33,170 nucleotides of DNA from a virus (lineage: Duplodnaviria > Heunggongvirae > Uroviricota > Caudoviricetes): IMG/VR virus record IMGVR_UViG_2541047926_000010, one strand, 5' to 3'. A program made the translations under genes and the position numbers. Numbering within the stretch: the first letter of the stretch is position 1; each line of letters begins with the position of its first letter. The notes under the pieces are model-generated. The model searched no databases. It saw only the letters and a list, made by a program, of their open reading frames with translations, and had not been told where the DNA came from. Below, in pieces: positions 9,501 to 18,173 of the stretch.

Positions 9501-10024
9501 TTATCTCCGTTTGCCGACTTTCTTCCGGCGTTGCGATTTGACAGTGCGGGTTGTTCGGGTGGTGGTTTGCCCGGTTTTCTTTCCATGTAACCGGGCAAGC
9601 GCTTCGGTGTAGCCGTCGAGTTCCGTTCGGGTCATGCTTCCGATTTGTTGTTCACTGATCCCGTATCGCCCGAGGGCAAGGACGAGGGTTCGGTACCCGG
9701 TGAGCTTTTGTTCAAATCCATCCGCTTTTTTTTAATGGCTTCAATCTGAGCATCGATGAGATCGAAATCATCATCATTCAGCTCGTTAAGTAACAGCTCT
9801 GCCGTGATTTCTTCCTTCTGCAGGTCTCCGAGGGAAGTAATTGCACACGCCATCACCGCAACGCGGTAATACATGTTTGCGGCTGCGCCTTCGGTAGTGC
9901 CGCAGGCTTCATCGGTTGCCCGCAGCGCTTCAATGGTATCGCTCACCACAGGCAGCCTGACGGCAAAGTCAAAATGGACTTTATCACCGCATTTAACGCC
10001 ATATAAAAGTTGCTGCTTTTCCAT
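9501..10024 (-). CDS. Tail assembly chaperone, predicted -1 frameshift fusion product
   Basis: Manual translation: after the slippery site the -1 frame is open for 74 codons to TAA 9503-9501, two codons before the tape-measure ATG and in its frame. Confidence 0.55.
9632..10024 (-). CDS. Tail assembly chaperone, zero-frame product
   Basis: 130 aa; sits between tail tube and tape measure; acidic stretch ELNDDDFDLIDAQ; contains the slippery site. Confidence 0.7.
   Translation of the reverse strand: MEKQQLLYGVKCGDKVHFDFAVRLPVVSDTIEALRATDEACGTTEGAAANMYYRVAVMACAITSLGDLQKEEITAELLLNELNDDDFDLIDAQIEAIKKKRMDLNKSSPGTEPSSLPSGDTGSVNNKSEA
9725..9731 (-). promoter_or_regulatory. Programmed -1 ribosomal frameshift slippery heptamer A_AAA_AAG
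   Basis: Minus-strand ATT AAA AAA AAG CGG; run of 8 A (plus-strand T run 9726-9733) in frame as X_XXY_YYZ. Confidence 0.6.
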
Positions 10025-10399
10025 TTATTCCTCCACCCGACGAAGCGCATTCATGGTGATATCGCGCTTCGCTTCGTTGTCGACGGTATACTGAGCCCCG
10101 ACCTGAGTGCTGAAACAGTCCAGGTAAGAAACACGTTTACCGCTGCTGTTAAGTGGATACTGGGTGATTTTCGCACCTTCAATACCGCCCCAGTTCAGGT
10201 CGCCGGATTCCGGGATAACTACCGTAACGGTCAGCTGGATCTCTTCAATGCCACGGGAAAAACCTTTGGCACGTCCCGTTTTGTTCATCGTCTTAACCAG
10301 CTTGCGTCCAGTGGTCACATCTTCCTTGAGGTCAGTCACTTCAATTTCCTGGCCGTCGACTTCCATGACGATCGCGCCAACATATTCTTCAAGAGCCAT
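10025..10399 (-). CDS. Tail tube protein (Mu gp40-like)
   Basis: 124 aa; directly downstream of the sheath gene. Confidence 0.75.
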   Translation of the reverse strand: MALEEYVGAIVMEVDGQEIEVTDLKEDVTTGRKLVKTMNKTGRAKGFSRGIEEIQLTVTVVIPESGDLNWGGIEGAKITQYPLNSSGKRVSYLDCFSTQVGAQYTVDNEAKRDITMNALRRVEE

Positions 10400-10412
10400 T
10401 ATGGTTTACTCC

Positions 10413-11831
10413 TCAGAGCAGCAAATCAATTCGACCGGCAAAGACGTGCAGGCCATTCACAACATCCGCAGGGATGCGACCGTTCAGCTGGTTAACATCC
10501 TGCAGATCGCGCTCTACAAGAAGACCGTCTTTGTTGGCATCCACCTCCTCGACAATCTCCAGCTCCTCCAGCTTGTAAAGCACATCAAGCAGTTCACTGC
10601 GTACCTTCGGAGGTGTTCTTGAGCTGAGCTTGTCGCGCGGGAATCGCAGAGCGATGCGTTCACGGCAGGCCTTGCGCACATAGTCCAGCGTTCGGATGGT
10701 GGTGATATCCAGCAGCGCCACATCATCCACGCCCTGGGCGTTTTTGGTGTAGGTGCTGATCGCGCGAACGATTTGCACTTTGTCACCGGGGCCAATCTCA
10801 AACGGCGTAAGACCATTCAGCAGGGCGTTCTCCTGCTCAGTTCGCCCAGGCTGACTCTCTACTGCAGTCACGTCCAGCGTGCTCATCGCAAGGGTGTTCA
10901 GCGGGCGTGCCGGGTCCTCTTCACTGGCGATAACAGCAGCATAGGCAGCGGCAATCTGCGCCGGTGTTTTTACCGAACCGCTATGCCAGCCCAGCGTGAT
11001 ACGTCCGTCATTAAGTGAGGCTGCCAGTGCAATGCCGGTGGAAAGCGACTTGCGCCACCCACCCACACCGATTGCGCCGCGCTGCTCCATCGCATTGCTG
11101 ACGTTTGTCAGATGGTTACGCAGTGCCGTCATCGCTTCCTGGGTGGAGAACGGGCAAACAATAATGTTATGACCTGCAGAGAACGCCGCTGCCAGCGCTG
11201 GCGTAATATCCGGATCAACATTACCGCCTGCAAGAGTGGTCGCCGCTGCTGTGATACCCGCTGCCGTCACGGCGGAAGAGACAATAATGTCGTTACCAAC
11301 CGCCCCTTTATGGCGGCAGGTCAGGGTCACTTCCCCCGCGTTTGCCGTCGCTGTCACTGGCAACCCGTCTTTCTGGGTAATCAGTTCCGTCAACGCTGCC
11401 GCAATGGTCTCTGCCGTATCTGCTGCCGAAATACCGACATCAATACGGGTGCCATTAATGGTCACGCTCAGCTTCCCGCTGGAAGATGCTGTGCCGGTCA
11501 GGGTGACTTTTCCCGTCGCGGCTGTTGCAGTGGCCGCATCGCTGACCCCGACGATCTGCAGTTGCAGATAGGGGTAGGCACCGATGGCCGCCGTGGCCAT
11601 CAGATGCGCCAGTGAGCCACGGCCAAAGTACGTCGCAGCCTCTTCATCAGAGAAAACAGACTGAATGACAAGCGGTGCAGACGAACCGGAGGCCAGCATT
11701 GGTGCAATCATCAGCACCTTCTGGGTGTTACCCGGCAGGGTACGAACGGCCAGGCGGGTGTTGAACTCAATATACTGACCTGGCTTGCGGTTCGTACCGA
11801 TAGTGTCAAAACTGATATTAGGACTGCTCAC
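10413..11831 (-). CDS. Contractile tail sheath protein (Mu gp39-like)
   Basis: 472 aa; size, synteny and sheath-like sequence character. Confidence 0.85.
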   Translation of the reverse strand: MSSPNISFDTIGTNRKPGQYIEFNTRLAVRTLPGNTQKVLMIAPMLASGSSAPLVIQSVFSDEEAATYFGRGSLAHLMATAAIGAYPYLQLQIVGVSDAATATAATGKVTLTGTASSSGKLSVTINGTRIDVGISAADTAETIAAALTELITQKDGLPVTATANAGEVTLTCRHKGAVGNDIIVSSAVTAAGITAAATTLAGGNVDPDITPALAAAFSAGHNIIVCPFSTQEAMTALRNHLTNVSNAMEQRGAIGVGGWRKSLSTGIALAASLNDGRITLGWHSGSVKTPAQIAAAYAAVIASEEDPARPLNTLAMSTLDVTAVESQPGRTEQENALLNGLTPFEIGPGDKVQIVRAISTYTKNAQGVDDVALLDITTIRTLDYVRKACRERIALRFPRDKLSSRTPPKVRSELLDVLYKLEELEIVEEVDANKDGLLVERDLQDVNQLNGRIPADVVNGLHVFAGRIDLLL

Positions 11832-12063
11832 CGTTCACCTCCGTGCTGACTGCGTTGTTTTTGTTTTTGGTGTTCTTGTCACTGTCCGTGACAATAATCA
11901 GATCACCGGCCATTACCTGACGCTGGTAATAAGCGGTGTTCTCCACCTCAAGGGGTTCCACATCGGTGATGTAGCGGCGCGCATTATCCTCGCGCGGCAC
12001 GCTCAACCCACTGGCGGCTTTTACTTTAATTTTGCTCATGACTGATAATGTCCTCTGCTGCAT
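11818..12063 (-). CDS. Small Mu gp38-like protein; start ambiguous (ATG 12063 or ATG 12039)
   Basis: 81 aa ORF between the gp37-like and sheath genes; GAGGA lies upstream of the internal ATG 12039. Confidence 0.45.
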   Translation of the reverse strand: MQQRTLSVMSKIKVKAASGLSVPREDNARRYITDVEPLEVENTAYYQRQVMAGDLIIVTDSDKNTKNKNNAVSTEVNGEQS

Positions 12064-12685
12064 TGTCTTTATCAGGCTGCTTAAGATCGTAACTGAGTCG
12101 GGTTTTCAGCCATGCCGGGTCATCGTCGGTGGTGGCACCGCCATAAATCTGGAACATATGATCAACATGGCCTTCCGGCGCATCCGTAAGCGGGTAACGC
12201 CCGTTCTCCAGCGCTGACTCAATCCATTTCGTGTCGAACTCGCAGGCAAAAACGGAAAATGCCTGAGTCTCTATCTGGGTGTTGAACAGCGTGCGCACGC
12301 GACCGGGGCTGAGCGGGTCAATTTTAATACCCGTATCCGCCATATCCTGACCGGACAGCAGACGACGAACGGCAGCAACAAGAATGTACGTACCGACCTC
12401 CTGTACGTGCGGCCCACCCATACGGGCCGCTTCTTCACTGCGCAGGCTGCGCTCGCCTACCACCACGACAAAGCGACCGTGCGTGACAAACCGTTGCCGT
12501 GCTGTGCTGTATGGCTCGGTTTTTTGGACCCCGCCAAACGTCACCCAGACGGCAGGCAGCTGGCGCAGTACCTCCGCAGGCTCGCCGTCCAGCTCGCCGC
12601 CGTAGGAGCGCACGTTCTTAGCCATACGGCCCATACCTTTGCGAAGCCGCTCCACGATGGCTTTTTCAATATCCGTAATCACCAT
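12026..12685 (-). CDS. Mu gp37-like head-tail joining protein (DUF1834-like)
   Basis: 219 aa; synteny; start overlaps upstream stop. Confidence 0.6.
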   Translation of the reverse strand: MVITDIEKAIVERLRKGMGRMAKNVRSYGGELDGEPAEVLRQLPAVWVTFGGVQKTEPYSTARQRFVTHGRFVVVVGERSLRSEEAARMGGPHVQEVGTYILVAAVRRLLSGQDMADTGIKIDPLSPGRVRTLFNTQIETQAFSVFACEFDTKWIESALENGRYPLTDAPEGHVDHMFQIYGGATTDDDPAWLKTRLSYDLKQPDKDNAAEDIISHEQN

Positions 12686-13113
12686 CAGAAACTTCCTCCG
12701 CCAGTCTGGTCACGTCCAAAGACGCGACCACCCGACACCATCCGCGCACCGGTTCCGCTTTTCACCACTTCCCCCGTCGTCGTGCGGCCCAGATTGATTC
12801 GCCCGGATGCAACTTTTTCCAGGTAACGAACGGTGTCCTCATACCGCTCGCGGATTTCCGCTGTCATCTGGGTCTCAGAGCCGCACAGAAGATAGCGGGC
12901 AATGTTGCAGCAGCGACCGACGAGAACACGGGGCTCATCAGCCCAGGGCACCGGATAGCGACCGCAGAGATATCCGTCGATTTCAGCGCTGGCCTGAACG
13001 AGTGCGCCGTTCAGCACATCATCGTCAATCTGCCCGGTGTAGTTGCGGTCGGTGAGCGACACGCATTCGCGCTCACCAAACGCCCTGACCATGTCCTCCC
13101 GGTTCGCGTACAT
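12685..13113 (-). CDS. Mu gp36-like protein (DUF1320-like)
   Basis: 142 aa; synteny downstream of the head genes. Confidence 0.6.
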   Translation of the reverse strand: MYANREDMVRAFGERECVSLTDRNYTGQIDDDVLNGALVQASAEIDGYLCGRYPVPWADEPRVLVGRCCNIARYLLCGSETQMTAEIRERYEDTVRYLEKVASGRINLGRTTTGEVVKSGTGARMVSGGRVFGRDQTGGGSF

Positions 13114-13116
13114 GGC

Positions 13117-13524
13117 TTACCCCTTGGCCTTTTTGTCCGTGTTTTCCGAACCGGCCTGCAGCGCATCCAGCTTCTGACTCAGTGCATCACGTACTGTCTC
13201 CAGCTCCGTGATGGTGCCGTTTGCACTGGCAAGCTGCTGCTTAAGCGCGTCGCCATCCTGGTTGAGCTGCAGAACCGTCGCCTCCAGCTCGCTGACGCGT
13301 GCCCTGAGGCCGTCACGCTCGGTGGTCAGGGCGGAAACAGCATCGCCGTCGCCAGCGTTTTCAGGCACATCCTGCAAACGAACCACAATCAGATTGGGAT
13401 CGTTTTCCAGAATCTGGAGTTCGCTGTCGCTGAAATGGTCATCCGGCCAGGTGACAGTATTCGCGCTGTGGGCGATGCCGAGACGGCGAAAGCCATCGCG
13501 GCGGGCAGTGATTTGAATCGGCAT
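13117..13524 (-). CDS. Hypothetical head-associated protein with coiled-coil C-terminus
   Basis: 135 aa; directly downstream of the major head gene; heptad-like SELEATVLQLNQDGDALKQQLA. Confidence 0.5.
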   Translation of the reverse strand: MPIQITARRDGFRRLGIAHSANTVTWPDDHFSDSELQILENDPNLIVVRLQDVPENAGDGDAVSALTTERDGLRARVSELEATVLQLNQDGDALKQQLASANGTITELETVRDALSQKLDALQAGSENTDKKAKG

Positions 13525-14432
13525 TATGCGTCCTCCCCGGTGGAGCCATACGCCATCTGCCAGAAGCCGTAGCCACCATTTGCACGGGCTTCAGCACCGA
13601 AGATGAACTTCTTGCGCATAAAGACGTTGTCAGCGTTGTAGTCGGTCTGCTCGACAAAGACCGGTTTTTTACGCTCCTGATAAATCAGGGGCTTCACGGG
13701 TTTTGACGTGTCCAGAAGGAACCAGGCGGTATCTGACGTCAGCTCTGGGACAACCAGAACTTCAGCCGTCCCCTTGTATGGGTTTGGCGTATTGTCAGGG
13801 AAGCGGTCAGCCGTCATCAGATAGTTGGCATCGTCTTCAAGAGCCGGAGGCACAACCAGGATGGTCGGGCGAATTTTCAGGGACGCGCCTTCATCATCCT
13901 TCAGGCTGCGCATGGCCGTTCGTGCAGCCCCGTAACTTGCTTTTGCGGCGGCAAGCGAGGTAACGGCAAGCTTTTTCGTGCCTTTGTTAGAGACCGACTT
14001 GCCCCCCGAAAGGTGGTCGGTATCAAAGAAGGGCTGACCGTCGTAGCAAAGATTGGTGAAACCTTTGCTCAGGAGAGCGAAGACGATATCGGCAGGCAGT
14101 TCTGCAGCGGACTGGCCCGCACCTTTCGCCTGCAGGGCATAGCCCATGATTTGATCGTCTTCGATATCGTTACGTTCAACTTCTACCGTCGCTTCCCAGT
14201 CTTTGTTGCGGATGGTGTAGTTGAACGCGGCGAGCGCTTTAACCACCTTGTCGCCAATCCACTCACGCATTTTCGGGAACCGGCTTAGCCAGCTGTAGTC
14301 GTTTTCTTTCCCGGTCGACGGCACCACCATGGCAATCTTCTGCCAGTCGGACGGAGCCTGATCAAAGGCGTTCTGGAAGGTCGCTTTCAGATTAATGAAA
14401 ATCTGACGTACATTTTTTACGTTAATTAACAC
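13524..14432 (-). CDS. Major head (capsid) protein, Mu T-like
   Basis: 302 aa; size and position after protease/scaffold; Mu T-like sequence character. Confidence 0.85.
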   Translation of the reverse strand: MLINVKNVRQIFINLKATFQNAFDQAPSDWQKIAMVVPSTGKENDYSWLSRFPKMREWIGDKVVKALAAFNYTIRNKDWEATVEVERNDIEDDQIMGYALQAKGAGQSAAELPADIVFALLSKGFTNLCYDGQPFFDTDHLSGGKSVSNKGTKKLAVTSLAAAKASYGAARTAMRSLKDDEGASLKIRPTILVVPPALEDDANYLMTADRFPDNTPNPYKGTAEVLVVPELTSDTAWFLLDTSKPVKPLIYQERKKPVFVEQTDYNADNVFMRKKFIFGAEARANGGYGFWQMAYGSTGEDA

Positions 14433-14445
14433 GGTTCTCTCCTTA

Positions 14446-14838
14446 TTAAATCAGAACCCAGACGCCATCATTCTCAAGACCCAGCACCTTTCCGGCGATC
14501 GGACGGGCGTTGGTATCACTGGTTTTGGCCACGGTCTGGCTGTCCACCACGTAGCAATCCTTGCCAATCTGCGTCTGCGTGACCGCGTCAGCAGTGCTGT
14601 TGGCAAGGAACCAGGCTTTACCGCGACGAACCAGCACACTCGCATCACCGGCGGAACCGGCAGAGTTATCCACCCAGCCATCACAGATGCCGAGGGTGGT
14701 ATTGGCTGCCGTGGCGCTGCCTGGTACAGCAAAGCCCGCTGCGTTGGCCGCAATAATGTGGCCGCCAAAGAGTTCAGTGGCTGCCGCAACCGGGACGGCA
14801 AACAGCTGGCCGTCGCGATAAGGGGTATGACGATCCAT
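14446..14838 (-). CDS. Capsid-associated small protein (DUF2190-like, possible decoration protein)
   Basis: 130 aa, Ala/Gly-rich; between protease/scaffold and major head genes. Confidence 0.5.
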   Translation of the reverse strand: MDRHTPYRDGQLFAVPVAAATELFGGHIIAANAAGFAVPGSATAANTTLGICDGWVDNSAGSAGDASVLVRRGKAWFLANSTADAVTQTQIGKDCYVVDSQTVAKTSDTNARPIAGKVLGLENDGVWVLI

Positions 14839-14849
14839 TTCGCTCTCCT

Positions 14850-15965
14850 TTATTTGAGGTATTTCGCGACGCTTTCCGGGTCATTGCCCATCATTGAGCA
14901 GATGGCCGGGTCAATCGCATCATCTTCAGCACCCTGTGACGGGCGTGACGGAAGGCCTGCAGGCGGTTGCCCCTGAGTCTGACTGGTAGTCAGTGCGGCA
15001 ATCTTTGGCGCTTTTTCGATAAAGGCGGTAAGACTGGCCGGATCGGATTTCGCCAGTGATGCAGCCCATTCCTGTTGCGCCGGAAGCAGACGACCGTCGC
15101 TGAGGGCAACCGTAATCAACGCTTCAGCCTGCTGCATGGCGAGTGCGGCGGTATTACCCGCACCGGCACGCTCTGTCGCCTGCTGAACGGCTGAATGCAT
15201 GACCTCCACCGAAACCCACTTAGCCGGGTCAGGCGTGTCGAGTTTCGCCGTCAGGTCGGCGATGCTCTGCGCGTTCTGGTTCAGGATATCCAGCAGACTG
15301 ACCGACGCCGCTGCAGTCCCCTGTCCACCGGAAATCATGGTGATGATTTTTTGCAGCTCAGCCATGATCTCTTCTTTCGTTGAGGCGGTTGGCAGATTGA
15401 GCATCCAGCGCAGGTTGCTCAGTAGCTCGTTGAGAAATTCTTCATCCATTTCGGTCTGACCCTCTGTGGTTAAATGCGCGGCCATCAGGGAGGCGGCAGC
15501 AAGTAACACTTCCTCCATCCCGTCGACCGCTGGTGTATTGGTCAGCGCGGCGTTGAGCAACTCCAGCACCTGACCGGTTTTGTCGTAAGAAAATACGGGG
15601 GAAATAAAGCGATACTCTTTCGCCTCGACCATCGCAGCCGCAGCGGCTGTCCACTCGACATCGATGGCGAACAAACCTTCACCGTTCCGCCACTCCAGCT
15701 TTTTGAAGAATGCAGCTGCAGGCGCAGGCAGACCGTTTTTAGCGGCCCGAAGGGTCTGGTGTTCGTAGTCCAGGACGTAGGGGGTGTCGCGGGCATCAGC
15801 TGCGGCAATAAGGCGCTCTGCAATTTCCCGCGTCATCAGCCAGGCGGCGCATTCGGTCGGACGCCCGTCACGGGCGCGGAATTCACCAGCCGGGAAGAGC
15901 TGGATGACACCGGGAGTGGCGGTGTTAATTTCCTGGGTGAGTGAAGCGATGAGTGTCTTTTTCAT
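14850..15965 (-). CDS. Head protease / scaffold protein, Mu I-like
   Basis: 371 aa; Mu I-like N-terminal region; synteny. Confidence 0.8.
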   Translation of the reverse strand: MKKTLIASLTQEINTATPGVIQLFPAGEFRARDGRPTECAAWLMTREIAERLIAAADARDTPYVLDYEHQTLRAAKNGLPAPAAAFFKKLEWRNGEGLFAIDVEWTAAAAAMVEAKEYRFISPVFSYDKTGQVLELLNAALTNTPAVDGMEEVLLAAASLMAAHLTTEGQTEMDEEFLNELLSNLRWMLNLPTASTKEEIMAELQKIITMISGGQGTAAASVSLLDILNQNAQSIADLTAKLDTPDPAKWVSVEVMHSAVQQATERAGAGNTAALAMQQAEALITVALSDGRLLPAQQEWAASLAKSDPASLTAFIEKAPKIAALTTSQTQGQPPAGLPSRPSQGAEDDAIDPAICSMMGNDPESVAKYLK

Positions 15966-16020
15966 GGTGCCGACGATACGGCACCACTGGGGGGGAGGTT
16001 CAGATGAAGAGGTTCAGTGG
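15966..16020 (-). promoter_or_regulatory. Candidate activator-dependent late promoter upstream of the protease/scaffold gene
   Basis: Minus-strand CCACTGAACCTCTTCATC (plus 16003-16020; 16 of 18 match to the other two copies); 23-bp spacer to -10-like TATCGT; 7-bp-stem hairpin GGTGCCG/CGGCACC (15966-15985) next to the ATG. Confidence 0.45.
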
Positions 16021-16021
16021 A

Positions 16022-16231
16022 TTATCGCTGAGGATCGTTTTCTTTGGTTGTCGGCTTATCGGGTTTAGCAGACTGACGCTTCTGATGCCGACGGGCAAAG
16101 TATCGGTCAGTGAACCACTCAGCAACCTTTATAACCAGGCCCCCAAAGATGCCAATGAAAACCCACTGCTGCGGGGTGAAATAATCAAGGAAAGCTTTGA
16201 ATGTGTCCAGTTGCTCGCTCCCGTAATGCAT
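16022..16231 (-). CDS. Doubtful small ORF (69 aa, one predicted transmembrane helix) inside the G-I gap
   Basis: ATG 16231-16229 with weak ribosome-binding site; hydrophobic WVFIGIFGGLVIKVAEWF; an equally long antisense ORF exists, so coding status is uncertain. Confidence 0.25.
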   Translation of the reverse strand: MHYGSEQLDTFKAFLDYFTPQQWVFIGIFGGLVIKVAEWFTDRYFARRHQKRQSAKPDKPTTKENDPQR

Positions 16232-16347
16232 TTATGAGCCCAGACCTTTTTAAACCGCTTTTAAAAACGTCTGAATACCTTCTGGCCGAATCACTCTAGC
16301 ACAATCAGACTGAACGCGTCACAGCGCCTTACAGGACGAATTTGCCC

Positions 16348-16890
16348 TCAGTCTAAAATACGTTTCAGATATTGCTCAGCCGTACTCTCCATCTTCTCCA
16401 CGTCATCTTCGGTGAGATGCAGGAAAGGACGCGCGGGCATCTTAATTTTATACGCCCCGATAGTGTTCCACTGCTCAAAGTTGGAACGGGATTTTTTAAC
16501 GAACCGGTTACCCACTGAACCATCCTTGTTCTGGCGGTAGTAGGCTTTCTGGCTGCGGGCCGGAATGCTGATTTCCCCACCTTCCTGATGAATGCGGGCG
16601 TATTTCACATTGGTCCCGACCGTCGCATCATCATTCGTGCTGTACTGCGTGATACTCGCTGCCAGTCGACCGCTCTTCTGTAGAATTTTACCGCCCCGGC
16701 GCTGACGGGCATATGCCGGGCTCCAGCCCATCCACGCAGGCCGCCCCTGTTGCGCGAAGTTTTCTTCGACGGCATCCCCCATGGCAGCGGCCATCTCACG
16801 CATCAGGGGGGCGCGGTTTTCCAGCTTTTTAATGAGTTCACCGAGTGAGCGCTCAAAGTCAGCAATGTCATACCTGATGGCGTAGCTCAT
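16348..16890 (-). CDS. Virion morphogenesis protein, Mu G-like
   Basis: 180 aa; synteny between the Mu F-like and Mu I-like genes. Confidence 0.8.
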   Translation of the reverse strand: MSYAIRYDIADFERSLGELIKKLENRAPLMREMAAAMGDAVEENFAQQGRPAWMGWSPAYARQRRGGKILQKSGRLAASITQYSTNDDATVGTNVKYARIHQEGGEISIPARSQKAYYRQNKDGSVGNRFVKKSRSNFEQWNTIGAYKIKMPARPFLHLTEDDVEKMESTAEQYLKRILD

Positions 16891-18173
16891 GATTTCAGCT
16901 CCAGCAGCTGCGCCGCGCGTTCAGATAACACATCGCCAGGGGTGACTGTGGCACCGGCGTTTACAAGCGACAGACGCCAGCCATCGTCAGACTGCACACC
17001 ACGCACGGCGCGGGTGCCGTTCTGCCCGGAGAGGAGCCACACCAGAGCGTCATCATCAAGCCAGACACCAGCTGGCTGACGGAGCAGAACGGGAAGCTCT
17101 GACCACATCGGGCCCGGAGCCAGCCGGACATCCTCTTCGTGAACGCTTAATGTGATCGCACCGTTAACACCACGCTCTTCGAGGCGATTCAGCAGCTCAG
17201 GCTGGATACCGCCAACGCGTCTCAGGTCGCCACGGGTCTTCTGCCGCACGCTGACGGTGTCGACCCAGCGACGCACATCATCGCTGACGGCATCCAGCAC
17301 TGCAGGTTCAGAGAGGGTTTCATGGATGGCCTGAGAGGCAATCCGGGGCGTGGTAGTTGCAGATTTATCCATGAGGCGCTGTCCGAGAGAAGAGAGCCAG
17401 CCCTGACCCGGATTGTGCCCGAATCCGGCATCAGGCGTGTAAAGCTCGCCGTTGAAGCGTAACGCCTTAACGTCACGGGTTTCTTTTGGTCCCCATGCCT
17501 GCTGTACCGTGACAATGTCCTGCTCCCACGATTTGACCTCAATCCCCATGCGGTCTGCATCCGCCTGACTTCGGGCACGAATGCGGCAGCGGCAGTGGTA
17601 TCCGTCAGGCGGGTACATAAACTGCCATACAGGATCGTCATAGCGGGCTGTGAAACCATTAAGTCTGGCGTGGAGTGGCCGGGTGTGCATGTCCATGACG
17701 GCCACGCGTTCCCATATGGGGCGAAACTCCGCGTTGGCCATCTGCTCCGCATAGCGACCGGCACCATAGGCCGCCTGCATATTGGTTTCAAAGATAGTGC
17801 GCAGACGGCGTGGCGTGAGTTGTTTACCCTCCAGAACGCCATCCTCATCGGCGACCAGCCTGGCACGGTCGGCAAGCCAGCCCTTACGGATCAACGTTGG
17901 GGTTATCTGCCGTTCAAAGTCCCGGAGCGTGCCGCCATCAGCAATATGCTCGCGAAGCGATTTATGAATATCCTCAAGCACATCCTGTTTAAGGACGCCC
18001 GCCACGGTGAAACTGGTGGCATGGGCGCGGGCCTCAATATCGTGCCAGTTAAAGCCGGTGGCATAGCCCTTCGATTCGAAGTAGGCAATCGCTTCTGCGG
18101 GCTTTAACCCGATGGCGTACCCCAGATCAACATCAGCTTTCGGCATTGAGTCGCCCCCAGACCTCGCTGACAA
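16887..18173 (-). CDS. Head morphogenesis / minor head protein, Mu F-like
   Basis: 428 aa; directly downstream of portal. Confidence 0.8.
   Translation of the reverse strand: MSARSGGDSMPKADVDLGYAIGLKPAEAIAYFESKGYATGFNWHDIEARAHATSFTVAGVLKQDVLEDIHKSLREHIADGGTLRDFERQITPTLIRKGWLADRARLVADEDGVLEGKQLTPRRLRTIFETNMQAAYGAGRYAEQMANAEFRPIWERVAVMDMHTRPLHARLNGFTARYDDPVWQFMYPPDGYHCRCRIRARSQADADRMGIEVKSWEQDIVTVQQAWGPKETRDVKALRFNGELYTPDAGFGHNPGQGWLSSLGQRLMDKSATTTPRIASQAIHETLSEPAVLDAVSDDVRRWVDTVSVRQKTRGDLRRVGGIQPELLNRLEERGVNGAITLSVHEEDVRLAPGPMWSELPVLLRQPAGVWLDDDALVWLLSGQNGTRAVRGVQSDDGWRLSLVNAGATVTPGDVLSERAAQLLELKS

Larger units (their letters stand above)
15966..16347. other. Central G-I intergenic region; candidate strong gyrase site analogue
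   Basis: About 380 bp between the Mu G-like and Mu I-like genes, near the estimated prophage centre, where Mu carries its strong gyrase site; assigned by synteny only. Confidence 0.35.

Noticed and set aside
9317-9598. Track ORF 9317..9598 as the frameshift partner of the tail chaperone
   Set aside because: It is in the same frame as the chaperone and overlaps the tape-measure gene; the frame that is actually open after the slippery site is the tape-measure frame, ending at 9501.
10010-10495. Long plus-strand ORFs across the structural region (for example 10010..10495, 17595..18107, 20607..21338, 30158..30835, 26743..27420)
   Set aside because: Each lies antisense to a well-supported minus-strand phage gene with good synteny; treated as shadow ORFs, not genes.
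16232-16347. A sigma-70 promoter or intrinsic terminator in the spacer between the G-like gene and the small ORF
   Set aside because: No convincing -35/-10 pair with proper spacing and no hairpin followed by a U-tract.
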